Source of the DNA: Spirochaetia bacterium
GTDB taxonomy: Bacteria > Spirochaetota > Spirochaetia > DSM-16054 > Sediminispirochaetaceae
Direction: 5' to 3'
Length of the DNA: 64,000 nucleotides
NCBI GenBank assembly: GCA_034520965.1
Contig: JAXHMY010000001.1
Span: 864,001-928,000, forward strand
The position numbers were made by a program, and so were the translations under genes. The notes beneath the pieces are model-generated. The model saw only the letters and a program-made list of their open reading frames with translations. It did not search any database and had not been told where the DNA came from. Of the stretch, positions 1 to 7,103 are shown piece after piece. Numbering within the stretch: the stretch's first letter is position 1; the number at the start of each line of letters is the position of its first letter.

Positions 1-151
1 CATCTTGATTTATTTCTCCTGCTATACCTGTCCATTGAAAAGATCGATCACTGTTCTCCACAGTCAAAATGGCCTGTTTGATATTTTTTTTTAAAACTAG
101 GTTATTTAGTACCATTTGGAATGAGTTATTATCAATATTCTTCATTGCCAT
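1..151 (-). CDS. Second cassette ORF, 5' part only (runs off the window); resembles the N-terminus of a serine hydrolase (beta-lactamase-like family)
   Basis: Not in the ORF track. GAGGAG RBS then ATG at 151; translates MAMKNIDNNSFQMVLNNLVLKKNIKQAILTVENSDRSFQWTGIAGEINQD. Lies directly after the attC-like GTTAGCG site. The SxxK motif would lie outside the window, so the family call is tentative. Confidence 0.55.
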   Translation of the reverse strand, partial: MAMKNIDNNSFQMVLNNLVLKKNIKQAILTVENSDRSFQWTGIAGEINQD

Positions 152-210
152 TTGCTTTACTCCTCAAATATGCTCATATATTTACGTCTCTTACTGGGAA
201 AATAAATTGC

Positions 211-298
211 CGCTAACGTTCTGCGAGTACCCGAAGTTGGCGAACAACGGGAGCCAATTTGGGCGGAGCGAAGCGTAGCCGGGTACTCGCTGTTATAT
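211..298 (-). mobile_element. attC-like cassette recombination site (88 bp)
   Basis: Minus strand: ATATAAC-A-GCGAGTACCCG...CGGGTACTCGC-AGAAC-GTTAGCG. Has AAC/GTT cores and perfect 11-bp arms (223-233 and 280-290), and sits between two co-oriented AT-rich ORFs. Confidence 0.85.
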
Positions 299-330
299 GA
301 CGTTTCGGGGGCGTTCTTAGACATACTATT

Positions 331-744
331 TTACTTTGTCTCTGGGAAAAATTGATTTTTATTTCCACAGTTTAGACATACCCCCCTATGAACACATAAC
401 AGATTACCACACTCGTTACATTTCCATTTTTCTTTCTCTATGTTTATAAATTTAGTCAGTCCTATTTCCTTAATTGTTTTAAGATTTATTATCGGGCTTT
501 CACCATATTTTGTTGTATATCGTTTATCCAGATTTTTAATTCTTCTACAAGGAAATTTACTGCATTCGGTGCACAACCGTTTTTCATCCCCTTTTTTTTC
601 AGGACATGATTTTATACTACAAACAGTACAATGGTACGGTTTATTACCTATGCTATTACACCCAACACATTTATTTTTTATTCTTTGGAAGCCTAAACAT
701 AGATCACATATTACTCCACATGGAGCAATACTAGTGTTATTCAT
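331..744 (-). CDS. Cys-rich DUF3795-like protein; ORF of the first gene cassette (cassette spans about 217-808)
   Basis: APCGxxCxxC...CxGC...CxIKxC...CxECxxFPC pattern; AT-rich; own AGGAG RBS; flanked by att sites. Confidence 0.8.
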   Translation of the reverse strand: MNNTSIAPCGVICDLCLGFQRIKNKCVGCNSIGNKPYHCTVCSIKSCPEKKGDEKRLCTECSKFPCRRIKNLDKRYTTKYGESPIINLKTIKEIGLTKFINIEKEKWKCNECGNLLCVHRGVCLNCGNKNQFFPETK

Positions 745-788
745 ATTTAATAACTCCTGCTTTTTTCATCTTATAAATCATTTCCATA

Positions 789-848
789 GCCCCCGAAATG
801 TCATATAACTCCCAATATCTTGTTCTATCTTGCACTTTTTCACAGCTT
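789..848 (-). mobile_element. attI-like insertion site; predicted crossover G|TT at 809/808
   Basis: Minus-strand GTTATATGA at 809-801, about 40 bp past the integrase stop. Bases 789-809 are a 20/21 inverted match to 292-312. CAAGATA direct repeats lie at 816-822 and 826-832. Confidence 0.75.
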
Positions 849-1922
849 CTATCCTCCCGGGAGGGTGTCAAAGGGGCTGGTGATATTTTGTACGCTGAGA
901 TTGCTTACGTGGGTGTAGATTTCGGTGGTACGGGAGCTTTTATGGCCCAGGAGCTCCTGGATGTAGCGTAGATCGGTGCCGTTTTCAAGTAGGTGCGTGG
1001 CGAAGGCGTGACGGAGAGAGTGGAAACTGAGTTGTTTGGTGATTTCGGTGCGCGACAGTGCCCGGTCAAAAATCGCCTGGGCGGAACGGACGGACAGGTG
1101 TTTTGAGAGCTGCTGTCCGGGAAAAAGCCAGCTGTGAAGCATAAAGTTGTTCCGGTACTGGGTGTAGAGAGCCTGTAGGCTGCGCGGAAGGATGGTGTAG
1201 CGGTCCTTATTTCCCTTTGCTGCACGGATATGGAGGAGGCCGCGGTCGAAATCAAGGTCGCCGAGCTTAAGACGGACGACCTCGCTCACGCGCACACCTC
1301 CGGAGTAGGCGAGTGAGAGGAGAAAACGGTGTTTGATGTTGGAGAGGATATCGGGATACTTTCTGCTCATCCGGGGGACGGGAATTGAATCCGCCGGATT
1401 GGGATAGCGCTGCGGGTAGTTTATCCTGAAGAAATGGCGCAATGCGCTTACACAGTGCACCGCGCCGCTGCGAGAGAGCCCTATACTGTCGGCCAGGCTT
1501 TCTAGATAAAGAACTATTCGTTCCCGGGTAACCTGAGCGGGAGGGCAGGCGGTACGCTGGAAAAACCTCCGCACCTGGCTTTCATATACCTGCATTGTGC
1601 TTCTGCTGTAGCCGGCCAGCTGGAGCTCCCGCCACATGGCGGCAAGGCCCGGGGTCAAATCGGGTACTTCAGGGGCTTTAGGTGCTACCCTTTGGGTGGG
1701 GGGCGCTGCTTTTTCGGATTCGGGCAGGCTGAACAGCCCTGTGTGGTGCAGTTTTTTCAAAAGGTCGTCAAGGTTGGACTGGCTGTCGGATATGATCCAG
1801 TGTTCATTAGTGGGATCCCATTGCCGCCCGGGAATGCTTCGCAACAGCTTGACCACACCGGGATGATAAGGAGTCTTTATAATTAAGTGTCCCCTGTGGT
1901 CTCCTCGTATCGAGAGCTGCAT
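849..1922 (-). CDS. Tyrosine recombinase (integron-integrase-like, lacking the IntI-specific insertion) with an extra N-terminal domain
   Basis: Catalytic motifs GVRVSE (R), KGNKDR (K), HSLRH (HxxR), LGH and TEIYTH (Y); SAM-like core-binding region GYSRSTMQVY. Confidence 0.9.
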   Translation of the reverse strand: MQLSIRGDHRGHLIIKTPYHPGVVKLLRSIPGRQWDPTNEHWIISDSQSNLDDLLKKLHHTGLFSLPESEKAAPPTQRVAPKAPEVPDLTPGLAAMWRELQLAGYSRSTMQVYESQVRRFFQRTACPPAQVTRERIVLYLESLADSIGLSRSGAVHCVSALRHFFRINYPQRYPNPADSIPVPRMSRKYPDILSNIKHRFLLSLAYSGGVRVSEVVRLKLGDLDFDRGLLHIRAAKGNKDRYTILPRSLQALYTQYRNNFMLHSWLFPGQQLSKHLSVRSAQAIFDRALSRTEITKQLSFHSLRHAFATHLLENGTDLRYIQELLGHKSSRTTEIYTHVSNLSVQNITSPFDTLPGG

Positions 1923-1945
1923 GTTCCCACCTTTTTGTTTATTCC

Positions 1946-1974
1946 ACTATAATCCCGGCTGTGAGTGGCGTCAA
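1946..1974 (-). promoter_or_regulatory. sigma70-type promoter of the integrase
   Basis: Minus strand TTGACG (1974-1969), 17-bp spacer, TATAGT (1951-1946). Confidence 0.65.
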
Positions 1975-2013
1975 GCAGAAGGTCTAATGATTATACAGGC
2001 GAACTTTACAGGC

Positions 2014-2412
2014 TTAGTCATGTCCGCCGGGGACTGCCGCGATTGCCTCAATTTCTACCTGGTAGCCAAAATGAAGCTCCCGGGTTGGTACTACCGCTCT
2101 AGCCGGGCGGTGGCTGCCAAAGAACTGGGCATAGACCTCGTTGACTCTGTCCCACAGGGAGATATCTGCTATATACACGGTTGTTTTGAGGACATCCTGC
2201 TTCCTGCAGCCCGCTTCCGAGAGGATGGCTTCGAGATTTGCCAGCACCTGCCTGGTCTGGACTTCGATGCTTCCAACCTCCCCTACTCCCTTATTCGGGT
2301 CTACCGGGAGCTGCCCGGATACAAAAACCAGCCCCATATGCACAACTGCCTGGGCGTAGTGCCCCGCCGGTTTCGGCGCAGCCTGCGATTTAATTTCATC
2401 CATAAAAGACAC
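2014..2412 (-). CDS. ridA: RidA/YjgF/UK114 family enamine deaminase
   Basis: APKPAGHYAQAV, FVSGQLP, RPARAVV and VEIEAIA motifs. Confidence 0.9.
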   Translation of the reverse strand: MSFMDEIKSQAAPKPAGHYAQAVVHMGLVFVSGQLPVDPNKGVGEVGSIEVQTRQVLANLEAILSEAGCRKQDVLKTTVYIADISLWDRVNEVYAQFFGSHRPARAVVPTRELHFGYQVEIEAIAAVPGGHD

Positions 2413-2545
2413 CTCTCTATGATTATAATTATACTATGTCCGGGCAGGTGAAAGTAAGTACCCATCTGTGTAAAGGAGCAGCACCCCGGAAGCTCCGGCA
2501 AATACAACCATGAGGCTATCACTATCACCGCTAATATAAAAGAGA

Positions 2546-4015
2546 TTACACACCGCCGCCCCTGCCCAGACTGAGCACCATGCTTCCATATGCAGGCAGG
2601 CTGAGCTCCAGGACACTGCCTTTCACTGGAACAAAGGTACCCGGCCGGAACATATCCTCTGCAGCTGAGCTGTGGGATTCAACTGATAGTGAAATTGTGG
2701 TCTGCTCGCCTAAAGAGCTGACAACCACTACAATCCGTTCTTCCTCCGTAACCCGTTCAAAGGCAATTATATGATGATCCAGATACAGGGGCCGATAGCT
2801 ACCACCGCATAGAGCCGTCGATCGGCGGCGCAGCTCCGCCAGTTCTGCAATAAAGGCACTCAACTCGGGCGCCGCATCCGCCGTTTCCCGGCGCCACAAC
2901 ACCTCGGTCCACGCCGGCCGCAGCGCCGCATCCGAATGCTCGCTCCGGCGCCCCTCTATTCCGAACTCACTTCCATAGTAGATAGAAGGAATCCCCGGAA
3001 TGGTAAACAGCAGCGCGTACAGCGGAAAAAGGTGCCGCGGATTATCCAGTTTCGACGCCACCCGGTTCACATCGTGATTATCCGCAAAGTTGTAGAGCAC
3101 CGGTTTGCAGTCGGCCCCGGGTCCACCGCCATTGTCGTTACACGCGCGGCCCCCGCTCCCGTTTGCCTGCCCGAAGTTCCGCTCCAGCGAGTGGGCCAGC
3201 TCGAAGTAGTTCCGATCATTGTGGGCCGACCACAGCGCCTTGTACGTCTCGTAATTCGTCAGGCTGTGCAGCCCCGTCTCAGCGGCAAAGCGGTCATACT
3301 CGCCGTGAATAATCTCGCCCAGCAGGAAAAAGCCCTTGCCCCGGGTAGTAAACTCCCGCAGCTCCCGCAAAAAATCCGGCGGGAGGGCATAGGCCACATC
3401 CAGTCGCAGTCCGTCGATTTCAAAGTCATCAATCATCTGCGCCACCGCCCCAAACAGGTGCTCACGCATCTCACGGTTGTCCAGATTCAGCTCCGGCAGC
3501 TCTTCGTGCCCCTCCCAAGCCCGATAGGTAAACCCGTCGCCGAAGCGGTTGTTCGCCGAAAAATCGACCGCCTTGAACCAGTCGCGGTACGGCGAGGCGG
3601 CACCCCGCTGCCGCAGGTCAAAAAAGGCAAAGTGATCGCGGCTGGTATGGTTAAACACCCCGTCCAGCACCACCCGCAGTCCATTCTCGTGCAGCCGCCG
3701 TACCACGCTGCGCAGGGTATCGTTGTTTCCTAGCCGCCGGTCGACATGATAATGATCCACCGTGTCGTAGCCGTGGGAAGTCGATTCGAACAGCGGACCC
3801 AGATACACCGCATCGCAGCCGAGCCGGCGAATATGCCCGGCGGCCTCAGCGACCGCATCCAGCCGCGGTTCGGCCGGCGAAGCAAAATCGTTCCGCTCCG
3901 GCGCCTCGCAAAACCCGAGGGTATAAATGTGATAAAAGATGCTATGCCGCCACCACTCGCAGCTTTTGCCGCCAGCTGGTTCAGTAATCTCCGTATCTGT
4001 GAATATGGTGTTCAT
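2546..4015 (-). CDS. GH13 alpha-amylase family glycosidase (neopullulanase/cyclomaltodextrinase-like)
   Basis: HGYDT, DGVFNH, DGLRLDVA, GEIIHG and DNHD conserved regions. Confidence 0.9.
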   Translation of the reverse strand: MNTIFTDTEITEPAGGKSCEWWRHSIFYHIYTLGFCEAPERNDFASPAEPRLDAVAEAAGHIRRLGCDAVYLGPLFESTSHGYDTVDHYHVDRRLGNNDTLRSVVRRLHENGLRVVLDGVFNHTSRDHFAFFDLRQRGAASPYRDWFKAVDFSANNRFGDGFTYRAWEGHEELPELNLDNREMREHLFGAVAQMIDDFEIDGLRLDVAYALPPDFLRELREFTTRGKGFFLLGEIIHGEYDRFAAETGLHSLTNYETYKALWSAHNDRNYFELAHSLERNFGQANGSGGRACNDNGGGPGADCKPVLYNFADNHDVNRVASKLDNPRHLFPLYALLFTIPGIPSIYYGSEFGIEGRRSEHSDAALRPAWTEVLWRRETADAAPELSAFIAELAELRRRSTALCGGSYRPLYLDHHIIAFERVTEEERIVVVVSSLGEQTTISLSVESHSSAAEDMFRPGTFVPVKGSVLELSLPAYGSMVLSLGRGGGV

Positions 4016-4044
4016 ATGGTGTGCCTCCCTTGCAAAAAGTTTTG

Positions 4045-4062
4045 TATACCGTTCGGTATATA
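4045..4062. promoter_or_regulatory. Putative TetR operator upstream of the GH13 gene
   Basis: Palindrome TATACCG-TT-CGGTATA; 18 bp identical to 4695-4712. Confidence 0.75.
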
Positions 4063-4117
4063 GATGTTAAAAAATTTTAGCGCTTCAAACCTTGTGTGCC
4101 GTACTGTCCGCTGCCAC

Positions 4118-4684
4118 TCATGAATATATCCCGTGACTGAACTGGTGCACCACCCGGTAGGGCAAGTCCGCGCTTACCTCAACCCGCCCGTCTAAAATAA
4201 GCCGTACGTAGGTGAGGACAGTCCCGGTAAAGGACAAGGCATACGCTTCCTCCCGGCCGCGCATGTTCCCGTGGTCCTCCACCGCGTAGCGAAACATATA
4301 GTGAAAGTTGTCCGCCACCTCCTCCAGAAACGCCTCCGCCCGACCGGCCGCCTCGCTTTCAGCCGGTGCATTCCGCAAATACAGAAACAGCCGCATAAAC
4401 ACCGGCGACTGCCGGGCATACCGGAAAAAAACACGCGCACTCTCTTCCAGGCACCAGGTCAAATCACCCCCGTAGGTCGAAGGCCCGCGCAGGTCCTTCA
4501 GCAACGGTCCGGCATAGTGTTCAAGTACCGCATCCAGAACCCCCGACTTGCTGCCGAAGTAGTAATACAGGGTCGGTTTGGTCACTCCCCCGGCCTCGCA
4601 CAACTCCTGCACTCCCACCGCATCGTAGCCGCGGGCAGCAAACAAGCCCAGTGCCCCGTCCAGTATTAAGCTCCGTGTTTCCAT
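4118..4684 (-). CDS. TetR/AcrR family transcriptional regulator
   Basis: N-terminal HTH (ILDGALGLFAARGY...GVTKPTLYYYFGSK); likely start is the ATG at 4684 (METRSL). Confidence 0.92.
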   Translation of the reverse strand: METRSLILDGALGLFAARGYDAVGVQELCEAGGVTKPTLYYYFGSKSGVLDAVLEHYAGPLLKDLRGPSTYGGDLTWCLEESARVFFRYARQSPVFMRLFLYLRNAPAESEAAGRAEAFLEEVADNFHYMFRYAVEDHGNMRGREEAYALSFTGTVLTYVRLILDGRVEVSADLPYRVVHQFSHGIYS

Positions 4685-4690
4685 AATCTC

Positions 4691-4719
4691 ATTATATACC
4701 GTTCGGTATATAAACACAA
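4691..4719 (-). promoter_or_regulatory. tetR promoter overlapped by an autoregulatory operator
   Basis: TTGTGT-17-TATAAT on the minus strand; perfect palindrome TTATATACCG-TT-CGGTATATAA at 4692-4713. Confidence 0.75.
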
Positions 4720-4807
4720 GCGAAACAAGCACTCATAAATGCCCTGGCCACGCGAAGATATTCGCAGTTCCATCGGGACCCAGGCTCACGCCCCCATGAC
4801 CGAAAAG

Positions 4808-4840
4808 AGCTTCGAGAAGTTTCTGAAAACTCTCGAAGCT
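4808..4840. repeat. Intergenic hairpin downstream of lipA (terminator or REP-like)
   Basis: AGCTTCGAGA...TCTCGAAGCT, 10-bp perfect arms. Confidence 0.5.
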
Positions 4841-4917
4841 TAAGAACGCAGAGCCGGGGGCCGGCGAACATTTTACTTTTCCGGAATGACACCCTTGGTC
4901 AGAATAATACAGGCGGA

Positions 4918-5805
4918 TTAATCGCTGTCCATAGCCGAGGTCATCTCGGCGGCTTTATAGGAACTGCGAACAAAGGGGGCGGAGGCGACAAAGGCAAAGC
5001 CCTTTTGGTAGCCGGTTCGCTGGTACGCCTTAAAGGCGTCCGGGTGGATGTACTCGGCCACCGGGTAGTGACTCTTGCTGGGGGGCAGGTACTGGCCGAT
5101 GGTCAGGAAGTCGCAGTCGACGCTGCGCAGGTCGTCCATAACGGTTTCGATCTCGGAGAGGCTCTCGCCCAGGCCTAGCATGAGGCCCGATTTTGTGTAC
5201 ACCCGGGGGTTGAGCTGTTTGGCCGCCTGTAGGACCTTTAGGGATTGGCGGTAGTCGGCCTGGGGGCGGACCTGGGAATAGAGGCGGGGGATGGTTTCGA
5301 GGTTGTGGTTGAGGATGTCCGGGCCCGAGTCTAAGACCGTTTTTAGGGCGGCACGGTCTCCTTGCAGGTCGGGTATCAGCAACTCGATGGTAGCCTCGGG
5401 TTTTTGTGCGCGGATGGCCTGGACGGTGGCGGCAAAGTGGCCGGCCCCGCCGTCGGGCAGGTCGTCGCGGGTAACGGAGGTGATAACCACATGCACAAGG
5501 CCCAGCTCGACCACCGCCTGGGCTAAGCGGGCGGGCTCGTCGGGCTGTACTTCCTGGGCTTTGCCGATGGGCACATCGCAGAAGCGGCAGTTGCGGGTAC
5601 AGATGTCACCCAGAATCATAAAGGTGGCGGTGCGGCTGCTGAAACACTCCATCCGGTTGGGGCAATTGGCCGCTTCGCAGACGGTGTTGAGGTGCAGCTC
5701 TTTCAACAGGCGTTTGACCGAGTTGAGGTTGCCGCCGCTGCGGATGGGGACCCTCAGCCACTCGGGTTTGGGGGCCGGTCTGGAATTCGGGTTTGGTTTT
5801 ATCAT
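4918..5805 (-). CDS. lipA: Lipoyl synthase
   Basis: CEAANCPNRMEC, CTRNCRFC and RSSY motifs. Confidence 0.97.
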   Translation of the reverse strand: MIKPNPNSRPAPKPEWLRVPIRSGGNLNSVKRLLKELHLNTVCEAANCPNRMECFSSRTATFMILGDICTRNCRFCDVPIGKAQEVQPDEPARLAQAVVELGLVHVVITSVTRDDLPDGGAGHFAATVQAIRAQKPEATIELLIPDLQGDRAALKTVLDSGPDILNHNLETIPRLYSQVRPQADYRQSLKVLQAAKQLNPRVYTKSGLMLGLGESLSEIETVMDDLRSVDCDFLTIGQYLPPSKSHYPVAEYIHPDAFKAYQRTGYQKGFAFVASAPFVRSSYKAAEMTSAMDSD

Positions 5806-6491
5806 AACAGGAGCTCCTGAAATCCTTTTCCGGCCACATACTCGGTGGTGTCGTAGCCGAATATCTCAGCAAACAGCGGGCCGGCCTGCTGTTTTACCGC
5901 CTCCACCGCTACCTCGCGGGCCAGTTCCTTTGAAATGGAGGTAACCTCCCGGCCGCCTCCCTGGATTCCACACGGGATTATGAGGGAGAAGTATTCCAGG
6001 TCGGTGCTTACATTGAGGGCAAAGCCGTGCATGCTTACCCCCTTATGGATGGAAATGCCGATAGCGGCGATTTTTCGATTTTCCACCCAGACGCCGATGT
6101 AATCGTCCTCGGTGTGGCAGTGGATATTGTAGTGTCGGCCCAAGAGCTGTATGAGGAAGGTTTCGATGTTATGCACAAAGCGCTTTATTTTACGCTGATG
6201 GTGCCGCAGGTTGATGATTGGATAGCCGACCAGCTGCCCTGGCCCGTGGTAGGTGGCCTGGCCGCCCCGGTCGACCCAGGCGGTTTGAACCCCCCGGCTG
6301 CTCAGCACCGCCTCGGAGAAGAGCATGTCCGAGTCCGCGGCCCGTTTTCCCAGGGTCACTACGTGGGGGTGCTCCAATAGCAGAAGTGTATCGGGAATTT
6401 CCTCGCGGCTGCATTTTTCAATAAGTGAGTATTGTAATGTAAGGGCCTCTTGGTAGTCGATTAGGCCGAGGTCAACAATCCGAAGCAGCAT
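5802..6491 (-). CDS. lipB: Lipoyl(octanoyl) transferase
   Basis: EHPHVVTLG, RGGQATYHGPGQL, KIAAIG, HGFALN and PCG motifs; likely start at 6491. Confidence 0.95.
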   Translation of the reverse strand: MLLRIVDLGLIDYQEALTLQYSLIEKCSREEIPDTLLLLEHPHVVTLGKRAADSDMLFSEAVLSSRGVQTAWVDRGGQATYHGPGQLVGYPIINLRHHQRKIKRFVHNIETFLIQLLGRHYNIHCHTEDDYIGVWVENRKIAAIGISIHKGVSMHGFALNVSTDLEYFSLIIPCGIQGGGREVTSISKELAREVAVEAVKQQAGPLFAEIFGYDTTEYVAGKGFQELLL

Positions 6492-6498
6492 AGTATCA

Positions 6499-6696
6499 CT
6501 ATACTCTGATGCAGGCCACATGGTCAATTTCAGTATTCACAACTACATTCACTTCCTTCTTGATCTTTGGTGGATTTTCTACAAGAAGATCCAGGTCTTG
6601 CGTCGAGACGATTGGTATCTGTGGATTGTGATCATAATGCTCTGCATAAACCCGTAAGATCGATTCGAAGAGTTTTACATTTTTATCTTGTGACAC
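6499..6696 (-). pseudogene. Truncated nucleotidyltransferase-fold gene (GSU2403/AbiEii-like) remnant
   Basis: Retains the STQDLDLLV DxD motif but has no preceding IGSW/GG segment and no C-terminal part; translationally coupled to the upstream 105-aa gene. Confidence 0.5.
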
Positions 6697-7000
6697 GTAA
6701 CAGTTTCCTTAACTCTCTGAGACTGTTTTCGACTTGCTTTTTTCTCTGCACATATTTCCGACGTTCTGCGATATCTTTTTTGTATTCTTCTACTTTCTCA
6801 GAACTCTCTTTCCCTATATAAATATCTTTTACACGATTGTCCGCTTTATCACGATACGAAAGGTAATAATAGCCTTGACTCCCCCTCATCCGCAATTGTA
6901 GAGACCCTTGAGGATATGAGCGAATCTTATCTTCATATTCTTTAAGGAGTGCTTCGAGTCGATTGTACTCTTCCTGTATTACATCAACTATCACACTCAT
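6683..7000 (-). CDS. Small basic hypothetical protein, possible DNA-binding partner of the nucleotidyltransferase
   Basis: Coiled coil, then PQGSL...YYYLSYR...YIGK, then coiled coil; AT-rich. Confidence 0.65.
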   Translation of the reverse strand: MSVIVDVIQEEYNRLEALLKEYEDKIRSYPQGSLQLRMRGSQGYYYLSYRDKADNRVKDIYIGKESSEKVEEYKKDIAERRKYVQRKKQVENSLRELRKLLRVTR

Positions 7001-7103
7001 TTGATACCTTCTTTTCTTGCCCTACAACTACTAATATATTTTACTATTGTTGGGCAAACATATCAAGCTAAACGCTATAATGGCAGCATCTGTTGACTGC
7101 TCG

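Noticed and set aside
69..808. Plus-strand ORFs 69-278 and 440-808, and the many other antisense or overlapping ORFs in the track
   Set aside because: Shadows of better-supported genes on the opposite strand or frame; no RBS or recognisable motifs.
1922..1975. LexA (SOS) box at the integrase promoter
   Set aside because: No convincing CTGT-N8-ACAG or GAAC-N4-GTTC palindrome.
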